Origin: a virus
Lineage: Duplodnaviria > Caudoviricetes
Strand: one strand, 5' to 3'
DNA length: 39,269 nt
Virus record (IMG/VR): IMGVR_UViG_3300010362_000050
Span: 1 to 39,269 of that record
The notes beneath the pieces were generated by a model. That model was not told where the DNA came from. It saw nothing but the letters and a program-made list of their open reading frames with translations, and did not search any database. Shown here piece after piece: positions 1 to 7,970 of this stretch; position 1 is the stretch's first letter; every line of letters starts with the position of its first letter. Both the position numbers and the translations under genes were made by a program.

Positions 1-136
1 GCAGCGGCGGGACGTCGACGCGGAACAGGACGGCCTGGCCGAAAGCCTGGGTCGTCACGTAGCCGGCGTAGCGCTGATGCCCGAAGATCTCGAGCACGGC
101 CCAGCCTTCGAAGCTGCTCTGCGGCGTGTCAGTCAT
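1..136 (-). CDS. Conserved phage early protein, partial (runs off the left edge)
   Basis: ATG at 136 gives MTDTPQSSFEGWAVLEIFGHQRYAGYVT..., overlapping the stop of the upstream ORF. The WAxLExxGHxRxAGYV pattern is familiar from phage early regions. Confidence 0.65.
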   Translation of the reverse strand, partial: MTDTPQSSFEGWAVLEIFGHQRYAGYVTTQAFGQAVLFRVDVPPL

Positions 137-437
137 GAGTGATTCCTGCCCAGACGTGTTCGAACACGCCTGCGCGAAAGTCGGCATCGAGTTGCAGGAC
201 ATTCTTGAAGTGGTAGCCGGCGACGGTCGCGTCGTGGCCGACCTTCATCACACCGAAGAGTTCACGGTCACGCGCGCTGAAGCCGTCGTACTGGCCGTTC
301 TGGAATATGAGGGATGGCGAGGGGCCTTTACCGATGTTGTAGATCTCGTAGACGACGGCGAGCGAACCCGCGGGGTTGTCCAGGACGGGACGGAGCACCG
401 TAACGAGATCGCCGACGCGGAAAGGTTCACCGGCCAT
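129..437 (-). CDS. Hypothetical protein (102 aa)
   Basis: MAGEPFRVGDLVTVL...; start overlaps the end of 427..702; globular composition. Confidence 0.7.
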   Translation of the reverse strand: MAGEPFRVGDLVTVLRPVLDNPAGSLAVVYEIYNIGKGPSPSLIFQNGQYDGFSARDRELFGVMKVGHDATVAGYHFKNVLQLDADFRAGVFEHVWAGITHD

Positions 438-702
438 TGGTGAAGACCTCGAAGACATGCCAGACGTACGCACCCTGCTGCACGGTTCCGAGGTACTCCA
501 GCGGCTCGACATCGAACGCGTGACCTGTTCCGACGATCCGAAATCTGCGCATGACGCGCGCCGCCTTCGGCTCCACGACCGCCCAGATCGTGATGGTGCC
601 GCCTTGATCCTGGACTTGCAGCAGCTCCGCGTCTGCCGGCATCGAGATCTCGATCGGCTCAGCGGTCAAGGCGAGTCCGTACTTCCAGATTTCAGAGGCC
701 AT
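427..702 (-). CDS. Conserved small phage protein (DUF7352-like)
   Basis: IWKY..., MPADAELLQVQ.Q, IWAVV, RRFRIVGTGH, YLGTVQ..., VWHVFE pattern. Confidence 0.75.
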   Translation of the reverse strand: MASEIWKYGLALTAEPIEISMPADAELLQVQDQGGTITIWAVVEPKAARVMRRFRIVGTGHAFDVEPLEYLGTVQQGAYVWHVFEVFTNGR

Positions 703-787
703 CGCGAACCCCGTAGAGGATGGCGGCCGCCAGACAGCAGACGATGCCCAGGAGGAAGCGGACGGCGAAGGCGAAGGGCGGCGTCAT
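692..787 (-). CDS. Small single-TM protein (31 aa)
   Basis: ATG at 787 in an ATGA overlap; MTPPFAFAVRFLLGIVCCLAAAILYGVRDGL. Confidence 0.5.
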   Translation of the reverse strand: MTPPFAFAVRFLLGIVCCLAAAILYGVRDGL

Positions 788-969
788 GATTTGTTCTGTT
801 CGTCCTGCCGAATGAGATCGAGACCGGCATGAACGGCCATCCCCGCGAGCGCGAAGAACGCGAATGCAGCCCACGAGCGCGGCCACAGGCCGAAGGTAAA
901 CCAGTAATTCCCTAGCGCGAGCCCGAGCGCGACTGCAGCGAGCGCAGCACGGGCGATGGCTCGTGTCAC
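784..969 (-). CDS. Small 2-TM membrane protein (61 aa)
   Basis: Two hydrophobic helices; GTGA overlap with the upstream gene. Confidence 0.7.
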   Translation of the reverse strand: MTRAIARAALAAVALGLALGNYWFTFGLWPRSWAAFAFFALAGMAVHAGLDLIRQDEQNKS

Positions 970-1334
970 GCCTTCCGTCCTTCCGCCTTGGCGATCGCGG
1001 CGTTGATCTGCTGCATCTCGGGATACTGCTCGTACCGTGCCCAGGCCTGATCGTCATCGGCCTTGTTCCGCGAGTAGACCCCGAGGTCGTGGAACGACCG
1101 AATGATGTCGACGGCTTTCTTCAGCGCGGCGAGCAGCTCCGGCGCTGCCGCGATCAGGCGGGCGTCGGCCTCCGTGTTCCGCTTCTCGTGCGCGAAGATG
1201 CACGCGACTTCGGTGTCGATGGAAGCTTCGGCTCCGGCGTGGATCCGACGGATCAGATGTCGCGAGCCCTTCACGGACCACGGTCCCGGCGTGTGCGTGA
1301 GCTGCTCGATGCGGCCGATCTTCAGATCGCTCAC
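966..1334 (-). CDS. Conserved phage protein, HTPGPW...ARLIAAAPELL family
   Basis: HTPGPW and EADARLIAAAPELLAALK motifs. Confidence 0.8.
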   Translation of the reverse strand: MSDLKIGRIEQLTHTPGPWSVKGSRHLIRRIHAGAEASIDTEVACIFAHEKRNTEADARLIAAAPELLAALKKAVDIIRSFHDLGVYSRNKADDDQAWARYEQYPEMQQINAAIAKAEGRKA

Positions 1335-1720
1335 GATCGGCCCTCAGCCTTGAGGATGGCGGCCTGTGCCGCATGGAGTCGGCGGACGAACGCCAGCATG
1401 TCTGCCGTCCAGCCCGGGCGCTCATCACAACTGATGTCGCGGACGAGCACGCCAGTCTCGATGTCCTTCAGGAGCCCCTTGAGGGCAGCCAGGAGTTCCG
1501 GGGCGGCCGCGACAAGCGCGGCATTGGCGAACAGCACGTCGACGCTCGAACGCCCGACCCAATCGTGATCGGCGGTGACGTGTAGACCGACCTGCCGTCT
1601 CTTCCTGTAGTCGCGCATGCTCGCGATCGTTCGCGAGCCGTTGTATTCCTCGACAACCGCCCATGGTCCGCGCGTGTGGCCGGCGATCTGCACGGTGGCG
1701 TCGGCGCGCGGTTCGTTCAT
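1331..1720 (-). CDS. Conserved phage protein, paralog of 966..1334
   Basis: HTRGPW and ANAALVAAAPELLAALK motifs. Confidence 0.8.
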   Translation of the reverse strand: MNEPRADATVQIAGHTRGPWAVVEEYNGSRTIASMRDYRKRRQVGLHVTADHDWVGRSSVDVLFANAALVAAAPELLAALKGLLKDIETGVLVRDISCDERPGWTADMLAFVRRLHAAQAAILKAEGRS

Positions 1721-1935
1721 GCCGCCTCCGATCGCTGGCGCACATCAATCGGCAGCGAGTAGCACCCGCGATCGACGGTCCCGGTGTACGTCCACCGCAG
1801 ACCGCTCTTGCCGACGGCGCGCTCAACTTCGACGCGGCCATCCGCCAGCAGCGTGTATCGATGCCGGCCGCGCACGAACATCGGCCGGACCTTCCGATGT
1901 TCATTCAGGAGGCGGCGGGCTTCGCGCTCGGTCAC
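1717..1935 (-). CDS. Hypothetical protein
   Basis: GTG at 1935 in a GTGA overlap; VTEREARRLLNEHRK... Confidence 0.6.
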   Translation of the reverse strand: MTEREARRLLNEHRKVRPMFVRGRHRYTLLADGRVEVERAVGKSGLRWTYTGTVDRGCYSLPIDVRQRSEAA

Positions 1936-2072
1936 GGACGGCCTCCCGCACACGCCGGGCACAACGAACCATGCGGACAGACGCGCTCCGGAACTGTCGG
2001 CAGCGGCGAGTTGTCGCTGACGAGGGCGATCGGCCGGCCAGCGGCGTCGCGGATCCAGAGATCGACCGTCAT
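1932..2072 (-). CDS. Small Cys/His (putative zinc-binding) protein
   Basis: ATG at 2072 in an ATGA overlap; CPH...CPAC motif. Confidence 0.5.
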   Translation of the reverse strand: MTVDLWIRDAAGRPIALVSDNSPLPTVPERVCPHGSLCPACAGGRP

Positions 2073-2422
2073 GCGCGGCTCCGGTTGACCGCGTATCCCG
2101 TCGGAGGTTTCATCCAACGAGCGATAACGCGCCGTTCTTCATCGTCGAGTGCAACCGGATCGCTGACCGGCGTCTCGTCGTGCGGCTCAACCGAGACGTC
2201 CAGGGCGACATATTCACGCGTGAGCTTCCGAATCCCGCGCTGGAGTCGGTCGATCACGAGACGGTTTTCGCGCGCACGTCGGCCGCGGAGCTGATGCTGC
2301 ACGCTGCGACGGACCGCGAGCTCGGCGCGCGCCACCACGATCGTCATGTGCAGGGATCCACGCTCGGTATAGAACCAATCCGATGAACGGTGACGAGTTG
2401 TGAAGGCCTTCACGCGGGCCAT
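2069..2422 (-). CDS. Hypothetical protein (start uncertain: 2422 or 2347)
   Basis: Fits the tightly coupled leftward operon. Confidence 0.5.
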   Translation of the reverse strand: MARVKAFTTRHRSSDWFYTERGSLHMTIVVARAELAVRRSVQHQLRGRRARENRLVIDRLQRGIRKLTREYVALDVSVEPHDETPVSDPVALDDEERRVIARWMKPPTGYAVNRSRA

Positions 2423-2613
2423 CCTTTCGCGCACCACTCGAGGACGACGCCGTCAGGCAGCCGCGCGATCTCGTAGTCGCCGCTCAGGTGCTCGGCCGTC
2501 GCTCGGGCCGCGGTCAGCGTGCGGAAATACCAGAAGAATGGACCGGCCTTCGGATAGCGACTCCACCAGCGCACGACGAAGCGCCGCGCCTTGAGAATGG
2601 GGCGCCGCCTCAC
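2410..2613 (-). CDS. Hypothetical protein
   Basis: GTGA overlap; 67 aa. Confidence 0.55.
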   Translation of the reverse strand: MRRRPILKARRFVVRWWSRYPKAGPFFWYFRTLTAARATAEHLSGDYEIARLPDGVVLEWCAKGWPA

Positions 2614-2828
2614 GCCGCCCGTCCTTCCGCGCGATCGCCGCGCTCGAACTTCTCGACGCAGTCCTCACAGATGCCGTGACTGACGGGCTCCACGCCATCG
2701 CGCATCACCACGCGGCACCAGCTGCACTCCACCTTCAGCGGCGGCGGATCCAGCCACAGCGGCCGGCTCTGGAGCTTCGCGTCCAGGCGCGCGATCAGGA
2801 AACGACGCAGGGCGGCGAACAGGTGCAT
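2610..2828 (-). CDS. Small zinc-ribbon-like protein
   Basis: CSWC...SHGICEDC motif. Confidence 0.7.
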   Translation of the reverse strand: MHLFAALRRFLIARLDAKLQSRPLWLDPPPLKVECSWCRVVMRDGVEPVSHGICEDCVEKFERGDRAEGRAA

Positions 2829-2844
2829 TGGGGATCCCTTGGGG

Positions 2845-3084
2845 TTACTTGACGGTCGTCAGAAAACGCTGCCGCCGGCGGCGCGGCGCCTGGGTTTGGG
2901 TTTCAGCGAGGTACGCGTCGACTGCCGCACGACTCCACCGCGGCCGCTTGTCGAGCGGCGGCAGCTCCTTGATCGGGAAGCAGCCGTGGCGACGCAACTT
3001 CTCCACGGTGGTCTTGCCGACACGGAGTTCGCGGCAGATGTCGGCCAGGAAGAACACGGCGGGGCGATCGGGCTGCTCGCTCAT
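2845..3084 (-). CDS. Excisionase/AlpA-like winged-HTH protein
   Basis: LADICRELRVGKTTVEKLRRHGCFP...RPRWSRAAVDAYL; second gene of the early operon. Confidence 0.75.
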   Translation of the reverse strand: MSEQPDRPAVFFLADICRELRVGKTTVEKLRRHGCFPIKELPPLDKRPRWSRAAVDAYLAETQTQAPRRRRQRFLTTVK

Positions 3085-3101
3085 CGGAATCGCCTCTATT
3101 C

Positions 3102-3371
3102 CTACGCAGCCGCCGACGGGCGGCGTGTCTTCTTGGCGGCGCGTTTCCGGCGTCGAGCCTTGAGACGATCGAGGTGCTCGACGAACCCTTCGATCCGGTG
3201 CTGCGTGCGCTCGAGCGGTCCTCGCTGGAGGCGATTGGTCAGAGCCCAGTGCAGGGCGCGGGCGCGCACCGGGAAACCGGCCGCAGCCATCTCGGCCGCG
3301 AGGGCCTCGAAGGTGAGGTCACGGTCCAGCCGATACGCGGCGAGCCGTTGCACGTGATGATTGTCACTCAT
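3102..3371 (-). CDS. Cro-like HTH regulator
   Basis: RLAAYRLDRDLTFEALAAEM...; divergent from the repressor. Start at 3371 chosen because it lies just downstream of the predicted promoter. Confidence 0.7.
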   Translation of the reverse strand: MSDNHHVQRLAAYRLDRDLTFEALAAEMAAAGFPVRARALHWALTNRLQRGPLERTQHRIEGFVEHLDRLKARRRKRAAKKTRRPSAAA

Positions 3372-3382
3372 GGTAGGTCGAG

Positions 3383-3412
3383 ACGATAGCATCGTCATGT
3401 AACGAGTGTCAA
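3383..3412 (-). promoter_or_regulatory. Sigma70-type early (lytic) promoter
   Basis: Minus strand reads TTGACA-18 nt-TATCGT with an extended -10 TGn, 11 nt upstream of the cro-like ATG. Confidence 0.7.
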
Positions 3413-3415
3413 GCC

Positions 3416-3561
3416 TGTCATGACATGACTACATTTTCATATTTGACGGTGACACGGGGTTGCCAAATGCGGCATGCTCGAATTCGGCGCCGGGCCGCTG
3501 GCAGCCCACGCAGCATGTCATTGCTGTAAGTTCTGTCATTGTGGTAAAGTGCGCTACCACA
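3416..3561. promoter_or_regulatory. Candidate operators in the cro/repressor switch region
   Basis: Palindrome TGTCATGACA (3416-3425); TGTCATTG twice (3516, 3534); inverted repeat TGTGGTA-8-TACCACA (3540-3561) just before the repressor ATG. Confidence 0.5.
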
Positions 3562-3564
3562 CCC

Positions 3565-4044
3565 ATGACGTTTCGCGTGCTCCTCAAACGGCTGTCGAAG
3601 GCCTATCCCACAGTGAAAGCCTTCGCACAGGCACTCGATGTCGATCCGAGTCATCTGAGTCGCGCGATGCATACCGAACAGCCCTTCGACGTCCGGGGCT
3701 GTCTGCGCTTGGCACGGGTGACGGGGACGAGTCCCGGCGAGGTCCTGCGAGCGGCCGGGAAGGGGGATATCGCGGAATTGATCGAAGAGCTGTACGGCGC
3801 CCCGCAAGTTCTACTGACGGGTGAGCAACGAGAACTGCTCGCCGCGCTCAATGCCATCGACGAACCGAAGGTGCGCGAGGCTCTCCTTACCATGGCGCGC
3901 CGCGCGGCGGGACTCGAACAAGGTGGAAGCGGCAGCGGGAGCGCGGGCGGGCACGGGGGCCCGGGCGGCGGTGTGATTCCACCACCCGTGAAGCCGGATT
4001 ACAAGATGCACCACGAACTGCGGCGTCTGCGGACGGCGCGCTGA
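3565..4044 (+). CDS. CI-like XRE HTH repressor without an S24 peptidase domain
   Basis: TVKAFAQALDVDPSHLSRAM HTH; divergent from cro-like gene and co-oriented with the integrase. Confidence 0.75.
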   Translation: MTFRVLLKRLSKAYPTVKAFAQALDVDPSHLSRAMHTEQPFDVRGCLRLARVTGTSPGEVLRAAGKGDIAELIEELYGAPQVLLTGEQRELLAALNAIDEPKVREALLTMARRAAGLEQGGSGSGSAGGHGGPGGGVIPPPVKPDYKMHHELRRLRTAR

Positions 4045-4052
4045 GGAGCGAG

Positions 4053-4394
4053 ATGCCTACCCCGCCAGATTCCCCCTATCACCCCGACACTGCCGTGTTC
4101 GAACAGCATCTGGCCGGAATGCTGCGCGAAGTCCTCACCATTGAAGAGCGCCGGCTGCTTGATGCGTTTGCCGCCATCCTGAATCCTCTGGTGCGGCGCT
4201 CGCTCGTAGATCTCGCGGTGGCCGCGGCAGGCACCGAAGACGCGGACCCTGGAACGCGGGACCTGGAAGATGCGCATACCCCGCCAGCTCGCGATCCGGT
4301 CGCGGGCGGCGATTCGATTACGCTGCGCCGGGTTCGGGCGCATCTGCTCCGACCCGCCGCGCGTTCCAGAAAGGCGGCTCGCCATGAGCAGTGA
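4053..4394 (+). CDS. Protein paralogous to the repressor C-terminal domain, no HTH
   Basis: 17/34 identity to the repressor segment LLTGEQRELL...ARRAAG; GAGGAG RBS upstream. Confidence 0.65.
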   Translation: MPTPPDSPYHPDTAVFEQHLAGMLREVLTIEERRLLDAFAAILNPLVRRSLVDLAVAAAGTEDADPGTRDLEDAHTPPARDPVAGGDSITLRRVRAHLLRPAARSRKAARHEQ

Positions 4395-4632
4395 CGGTCG
4401 GGTGTCGCGTTCGCCGCGTCGGGTCATCCCAGTCCCCTCGAGGGTTGTGTCGTTTCCGCCAGCGGTGCTCGGGACCGAGGATCTGCCGCCGCACGTGCAA
4501 CGGGCCTTCGCCACCGTGCTCGAGGCGATCCGCGCACACGCCCGTCCCGGAACTCCCGCCGCGACGATCGGGCTGCGCAAGCGCCCCGCCCGCGCGACAT
4601 TGCGACTCGTCACGCCGAAGAAGAGCGCATGA
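4384..4632 (+). CDS. Hypothetical basic protein
   Basis: ATG at 4384 overlapping the previous gene; fills the operon. Confidence 0.45.
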   Translation: MSSDGRVSRSPRRVIPVPSRVVSFPPAVLGTEDLPPHVQRAFATVLEAIRAHARPGTPAATIGLRKRPARATLRLVTPKKSA

Positions 4633-4684
4633 AGCAATCGCGCTCCGATCGGACGGCTCGATGGAACTGGAAAGGCTGTCCGCA

Positions 4685-5035
4685 ATGAAGCGCTGCCCCT
4701 ATTGTCAAGGTGAAAACGCTGACGATGCCGCCTTATGCGTACACTGCGGGCGCGGCCGCGTCGCCGCCGTGCGTGCAGCCGCCGCTCCAGGGCCCTCGCC
4801 AGATCCGAAGCCCCTCGCTGCGCGGCGTGCGTCCCTCGTGCAGTTGTACGCCGAGCAGGGAATTCAATCCGTCCGCATCGTCGACGTCGAGATTCCGTTC
4901 GGTTCCATGTTAGCGCTCACGTTGACCTGGACGCTCGCAGCCATCCCAGCGATGATCGTGGCAAGCGCGGTCATCGGCGGAATGATTCTCTTGCTGATCT
5001 TTCTGGGGGGCTTAATCGGCGCCCTCACGCCCTGA
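4685..5035 (+). CDS. Zinc-ribbon membrane protein (immunity-region type)
   Basis: MKRCPYC...CVHCG followed by VRIVDVEIPFGSM and a long hydrophobic C-terminus. Confidence 0.75.
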   Translation: MKRCPYCQGENADDAALCVHCGRGRVAAVRAAAAPGPSPDPKPLAARRASLVQLYAEQGIQSVRIVDVEIPFGSMLALTLTWTLAAIPAMIVASAVIGGMILLLIFLGGLIGALTP

Positions 5036-5041
5036 TCCCAA

Positions 5042-6064
5042 ATGGCCACGGGCATCTACAGACGGAAGTACGGCTACCTGATTGCGGCGAAGGCGAACGG
5101 TCACGAGCAGTGGCACCGCATCGCGTACACGGTCCCAGACGCCTTCAAGCGGGCCCAGGCATGGCAGGCCGAAGCGCGATCTGCCCTCATGAAGAAGACG
5201 CCGATCGTGACGGGGAATGGCCGGCGTGGCAGCTTCCCGGCGGACGTGAAGGAATACCTCGCGATCGTCAAGCCGCTGATCGGACTGGCGACGTATCGCA
5301 GCCGCGTCTGCGAGCTCGACGCCTACGTCATCGAGTTCCGGAATCGGGCCCGCTCGGAGATCGCGCGCAGCGATCTCTTGGCCCTCCGCACGGCGTGGTT
5401 GACGAAGGAACCCGGCAAGCGGAAGGGATCGAAGGGCGTCACGATCAAGACCGTGCGCAACCGCGAGGGCGCGCTCCGGCATCTCTTCCACATCCTGGAC
5501 GGCAAGAAGGCGCCGACGCCGTTGGACGATCTACCGAAGCTGCCGAAGCCCGAGCCGAATCCCCAGTTCGTGGAGATCGCGGTCATTCGCAGCGTGCTCC
5601 GCAAGCTCACCGATCCGAAGACGCGCGCGCGGTTCATGGTGCTCACGGCCACGGGCCAGCGCCCGGCGCAACTGAAGCGCGCGCAGAAGCCCGACGTCGA
5701 TCTCCGGAGGCGGGTCTGGAGCGTGCGCCGCGCGAAGGGCGGCAACCCCATCCCGGTGATTCTCACCGACGATATGGTGAAGGCGTTCAAGGCCCTGAAC
5801 GGGGCCGACGCCTGGGGCGACTTCGACGGTAGCGACTATGCCAAGGCGCTCTATGCCGCCGGCTGGCCGAAACACATCCGCCCGTACAACGCGAAGCACA
5901 CGGTCGCGATCACGCTGGCGGAAGCCGGGGCGGAATGGAACGACATCAAGGACTTCTTCGGCCACAAGGACGTGAAGACGACGGAAATCTACACGGGGTT
6001 GGTGCGGGCCCGGCTCCGACAGACGAGCAAGAAGCTCGAGGGCCGGTTCGGGTGGAAGACGTAG
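5042..6064 (+). CDS. int: Tyrosine integrase
   Basis: TGQRP (Arg I), AKGG (Lys), PYNAKHT (variant HxxR box), FGHKD...EIY (His/Tyr); adjacent to att core. Confidence 0.92.
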   Translation: MATGIYRRKYGYLIAAKANGHEQWHRIAYTVPDAFKRAQAWQAEARSALMKKTPIVTGNGRRGSFPADVKEYLAIVKPLIGLATYRSRVCELDAYVIEFRNRARSEIARSDLLALRTAWLTKEPGKRKGSKGVTIKTVRNREGALRHLFHILDGKKAPTPLDDLPKLPKPEPNPQFVEIAVIRSVLRKLTDPKTRARFMVLTATGQRPAQLKRAQKPDVDLRRRVWSVRRAKGGNPIPVILTDDMVKAFKALNGADAWGDFDGSDYAKALYAAGWPKHIRPYNAKHTVAITLAEAGAEWNDIKDFFGHKDVKTTEIYTGLVRARLRQTSKKLEGRFGWKT

Positions 6065-6157
6065 GGTGCCAACCGCGAAACCGACTGTGCCAACCCGATG
6101 GGGGTCTGACGCGCACGATCGTGTGGTTTCCTGAACAAATCCGCGGGTACGTAGAAC

Positions 6158-6249
<92 letters not shown>

Positions 6250-6260
6250 GTAGAATCTTC

Positions 6261-6276
6261 CGTTTCACGTGGAACA
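6261..6276. promoter_or_regulatory. parS: parS-consensus palindrome
   Basis: CGTTTCACGTGGAACA (reverse TGTTCCACGTGAAACG) matches the chromosomal consensus TGTTNCACGTGAAACA at 15/16. Confidence 0.7.
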
Positions 6277-6483
6277 GTGGCTGTGTCAACCTATTGTGCC
6301 AACCCACACGCGGTCGCAGGCACCCCGCCGTGGCCCGCCGGAGCCCCGCCCTGCGGCGTGCCGGCGCGATTGGCCCTCTTTCCCCCTTCCCCCGCCCACG
6401 GCCCGTACAGCGCTTCCCTGGCCCTCGGACGGCCGGCCGTGCGATACTGATCGGGCTCCCCCAGCACCAGAACGAAAGGCCCC

Positions 6484-6961
6484 ATGAAGACGAACCTGAT
6501 GTCGTTCGCGCTGGCCGTGCTGTGCGCCGCGCCGCTCTCCGCGCAGTCGCTCGGCGAGATCGCCGCGAAGAGTAAGGCGGAGCACGATTCGAAGCAGAGC
6601 GACGGCAAGACGAAACCGGCCGCGAAGACGTACTCGAACGATGATCTGAAGGGCGTGAAGCCCATCGCGCCCGTGACGGAGGAAATCCCTGTTGTGTCGA
6701 CGCCCCAGGTCGACGCGGCCGAGCGGAAAGACCTGCGGGATGAGATCTACTGGCGGCGACGCCTCAACCCGCTGCTGTCTCTCCGAGCGGCCTATCCAGA
6801 AGCACTACGACGAGGCCGCACTGGACTACGCCGCCGGCCACTTCCTCGCGAAGCGAAGTGTCGAGTTCTGGCAGCGCGCGCTTGATGAGAACGCTGATGA
6901 CATCGATGCCCTCAAGGAAGAGGGCCGACGCGCGGGCGCCCTTCCTGGGTGGTTCCGGTAG
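6484..6961 (+). pseudogene. Secreted helical protein split by a +1 frameshift near 6780-6795
   Basis: First frame: signal peptide, QSLGEIAAK, KTYSNDDL, DEIYWRRR. Second frame continues IQKHYDE...LKEEGRRAGALPGWFR. Removing one base joins them. Confidence 0.7.
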
Positions 6962-7040
6962 CCGCCACGGCCCGCGACGCGGCGGCGGGGCGCCTCGGTT
7001 CCCCGTCTGGACGTTCGCGCCAGCGGGGCTCGTAATCCGC

Positions 7041-7097
7041 TCCTGACGCCCCTACATCTGGTGCCGTTGCGAGCCGATAGCAGAGGGGAGTACAACG
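7041..7097 (+). repeat. Promoter-containing repeat, copy A
   Basis: 44/57 ungapped identity with 8445-8501; contains TTGCGA-18-TACAAC. Confidence 0.75.
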
Positions 7098-7104
7098 GTT
7101 CCAG

Positions 7105-7188
7105 ATGGCGAAGCGCGCCGCATCTCACCTCTACAGCTGTCGACTGCTCGTGACGAAATCACGATTGCAGTACGATGGAGACCGATGA
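7105..7188 (+). CDS. Putative 27-aa leader peptide or gene remnant coupled to the antitoxin
   Basis: ATG 8 nt after the TACAAC box; MAKRAASHLYSCRLLVTKSRLQYDGDR; its TGA overlaps the antitoxin ATG (ATGA). Confidence 0.35.
   Translation: MAKRAASHLYSCRLLVTKSRLQYDGDR
7148..7164. promoter_or_regulatory. Candidate TA autoregulatory operator
   Basis: Inverted repeat TCGTGA-5-TCACGA directly upstream of TACGAT (-10-like, 7171-7176) and the antitoxin RBS. Confidence 0.45.
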
Positions 7189-7970
7189 CTCCGGAGGCCC
7201 AGAACAGGCGGCATCCTGCGGACGCGCCTGCGGCGGATCGCTGGACCCTCTACGGTGGGAGGGATCCGCGAGAGCTCCCGACCTACGCGACCTGGGAAGC
7301 AGCGCGATATCTCCGGATGCCACTACGCACCGTCCAGCGGTGGACCGCCGGATTCAAGTACCCTGGGTCCAAAGGGAGAACCCGGTTTGCGAAGCCCCTG
7401 GTCCTGCCGGCGGATCGCGACCGTCATCTGCTGTCGTTCTTCAACCTGGCAGAGCTGCACGTTCTCGACTCGCTCCGAACCCATCACGAAGTGCCGTCAT
7501 TGAAACTGCGACGGTTGATCGAGTATCTCGAGGACACGTTCGATACGCCGCATCCGTTGGTCAACGAGCGTGTGTTTGTGGCGGGCCGGGCCGTCTTCAT
7601 CGAGAAGGCCGAGCAATTGATCGAAGCGACGCACGGCGGTCAGCTGGCCATGCGACAGGTAATCGAAGCGCATCTGAAACGCATCGACCCCGATCAAGAC
7701 GGCCTGGCGATCCGCCTGTTCCCCTTCGTGCGCCGAAAGCCAGACCCGCGGCTGATCAGCACGCTGGACGAGCCCAAGATCATCTCGATCGATCCCCGCG
7801 TCCGCTATGGACGGCCGGTGATCATCCACACGAGCATTCCGACAGCGGAGATTGCGGAACGATTCCGAGCCGGCGATTCGTTCCAGGACCTCGCTGAGGA
7901 ATATGGGCGCCCGCCACAGGAGATCGAAGAAGCGATCCGCTGCGAACTCACGCTCGACATCGCCGCCTGA
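7185..7970 (+). CDS. DUF433-domain antitoxin (VapB45/Rv2018-like)
   Basis: N-terminal Y...EAARYL HTH, LSFFNLAELHV, C-terminal ISIDPRVRYGRPVI...ERFRAGDS..DLAEEYG...IEEAIR. Confidence 0.9.
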   Translation: MTPEAQNRRHPADAPAADRWTLYGGRDPRELPTYATWEAARYLRMPLRTVQRWTAGFKYPGSKGRTRFAKPLVLPADRDRHLLSFFNLAELHVLDSLRTHHEVPSLKLRRLIEYLEDTFDTPHPLVNERVFVAGRAVFIEKAEQLIEATHGGQLAMRQVIEAHLKRIDPDQDGLAIRLFPFVRRKPDPRLISTLDEPKIISIDPRVRYGRPVIIHTSIPTAEIAERFRAGDSFQDLAEEYGRPPQEIEEAIRCELTLDIAA

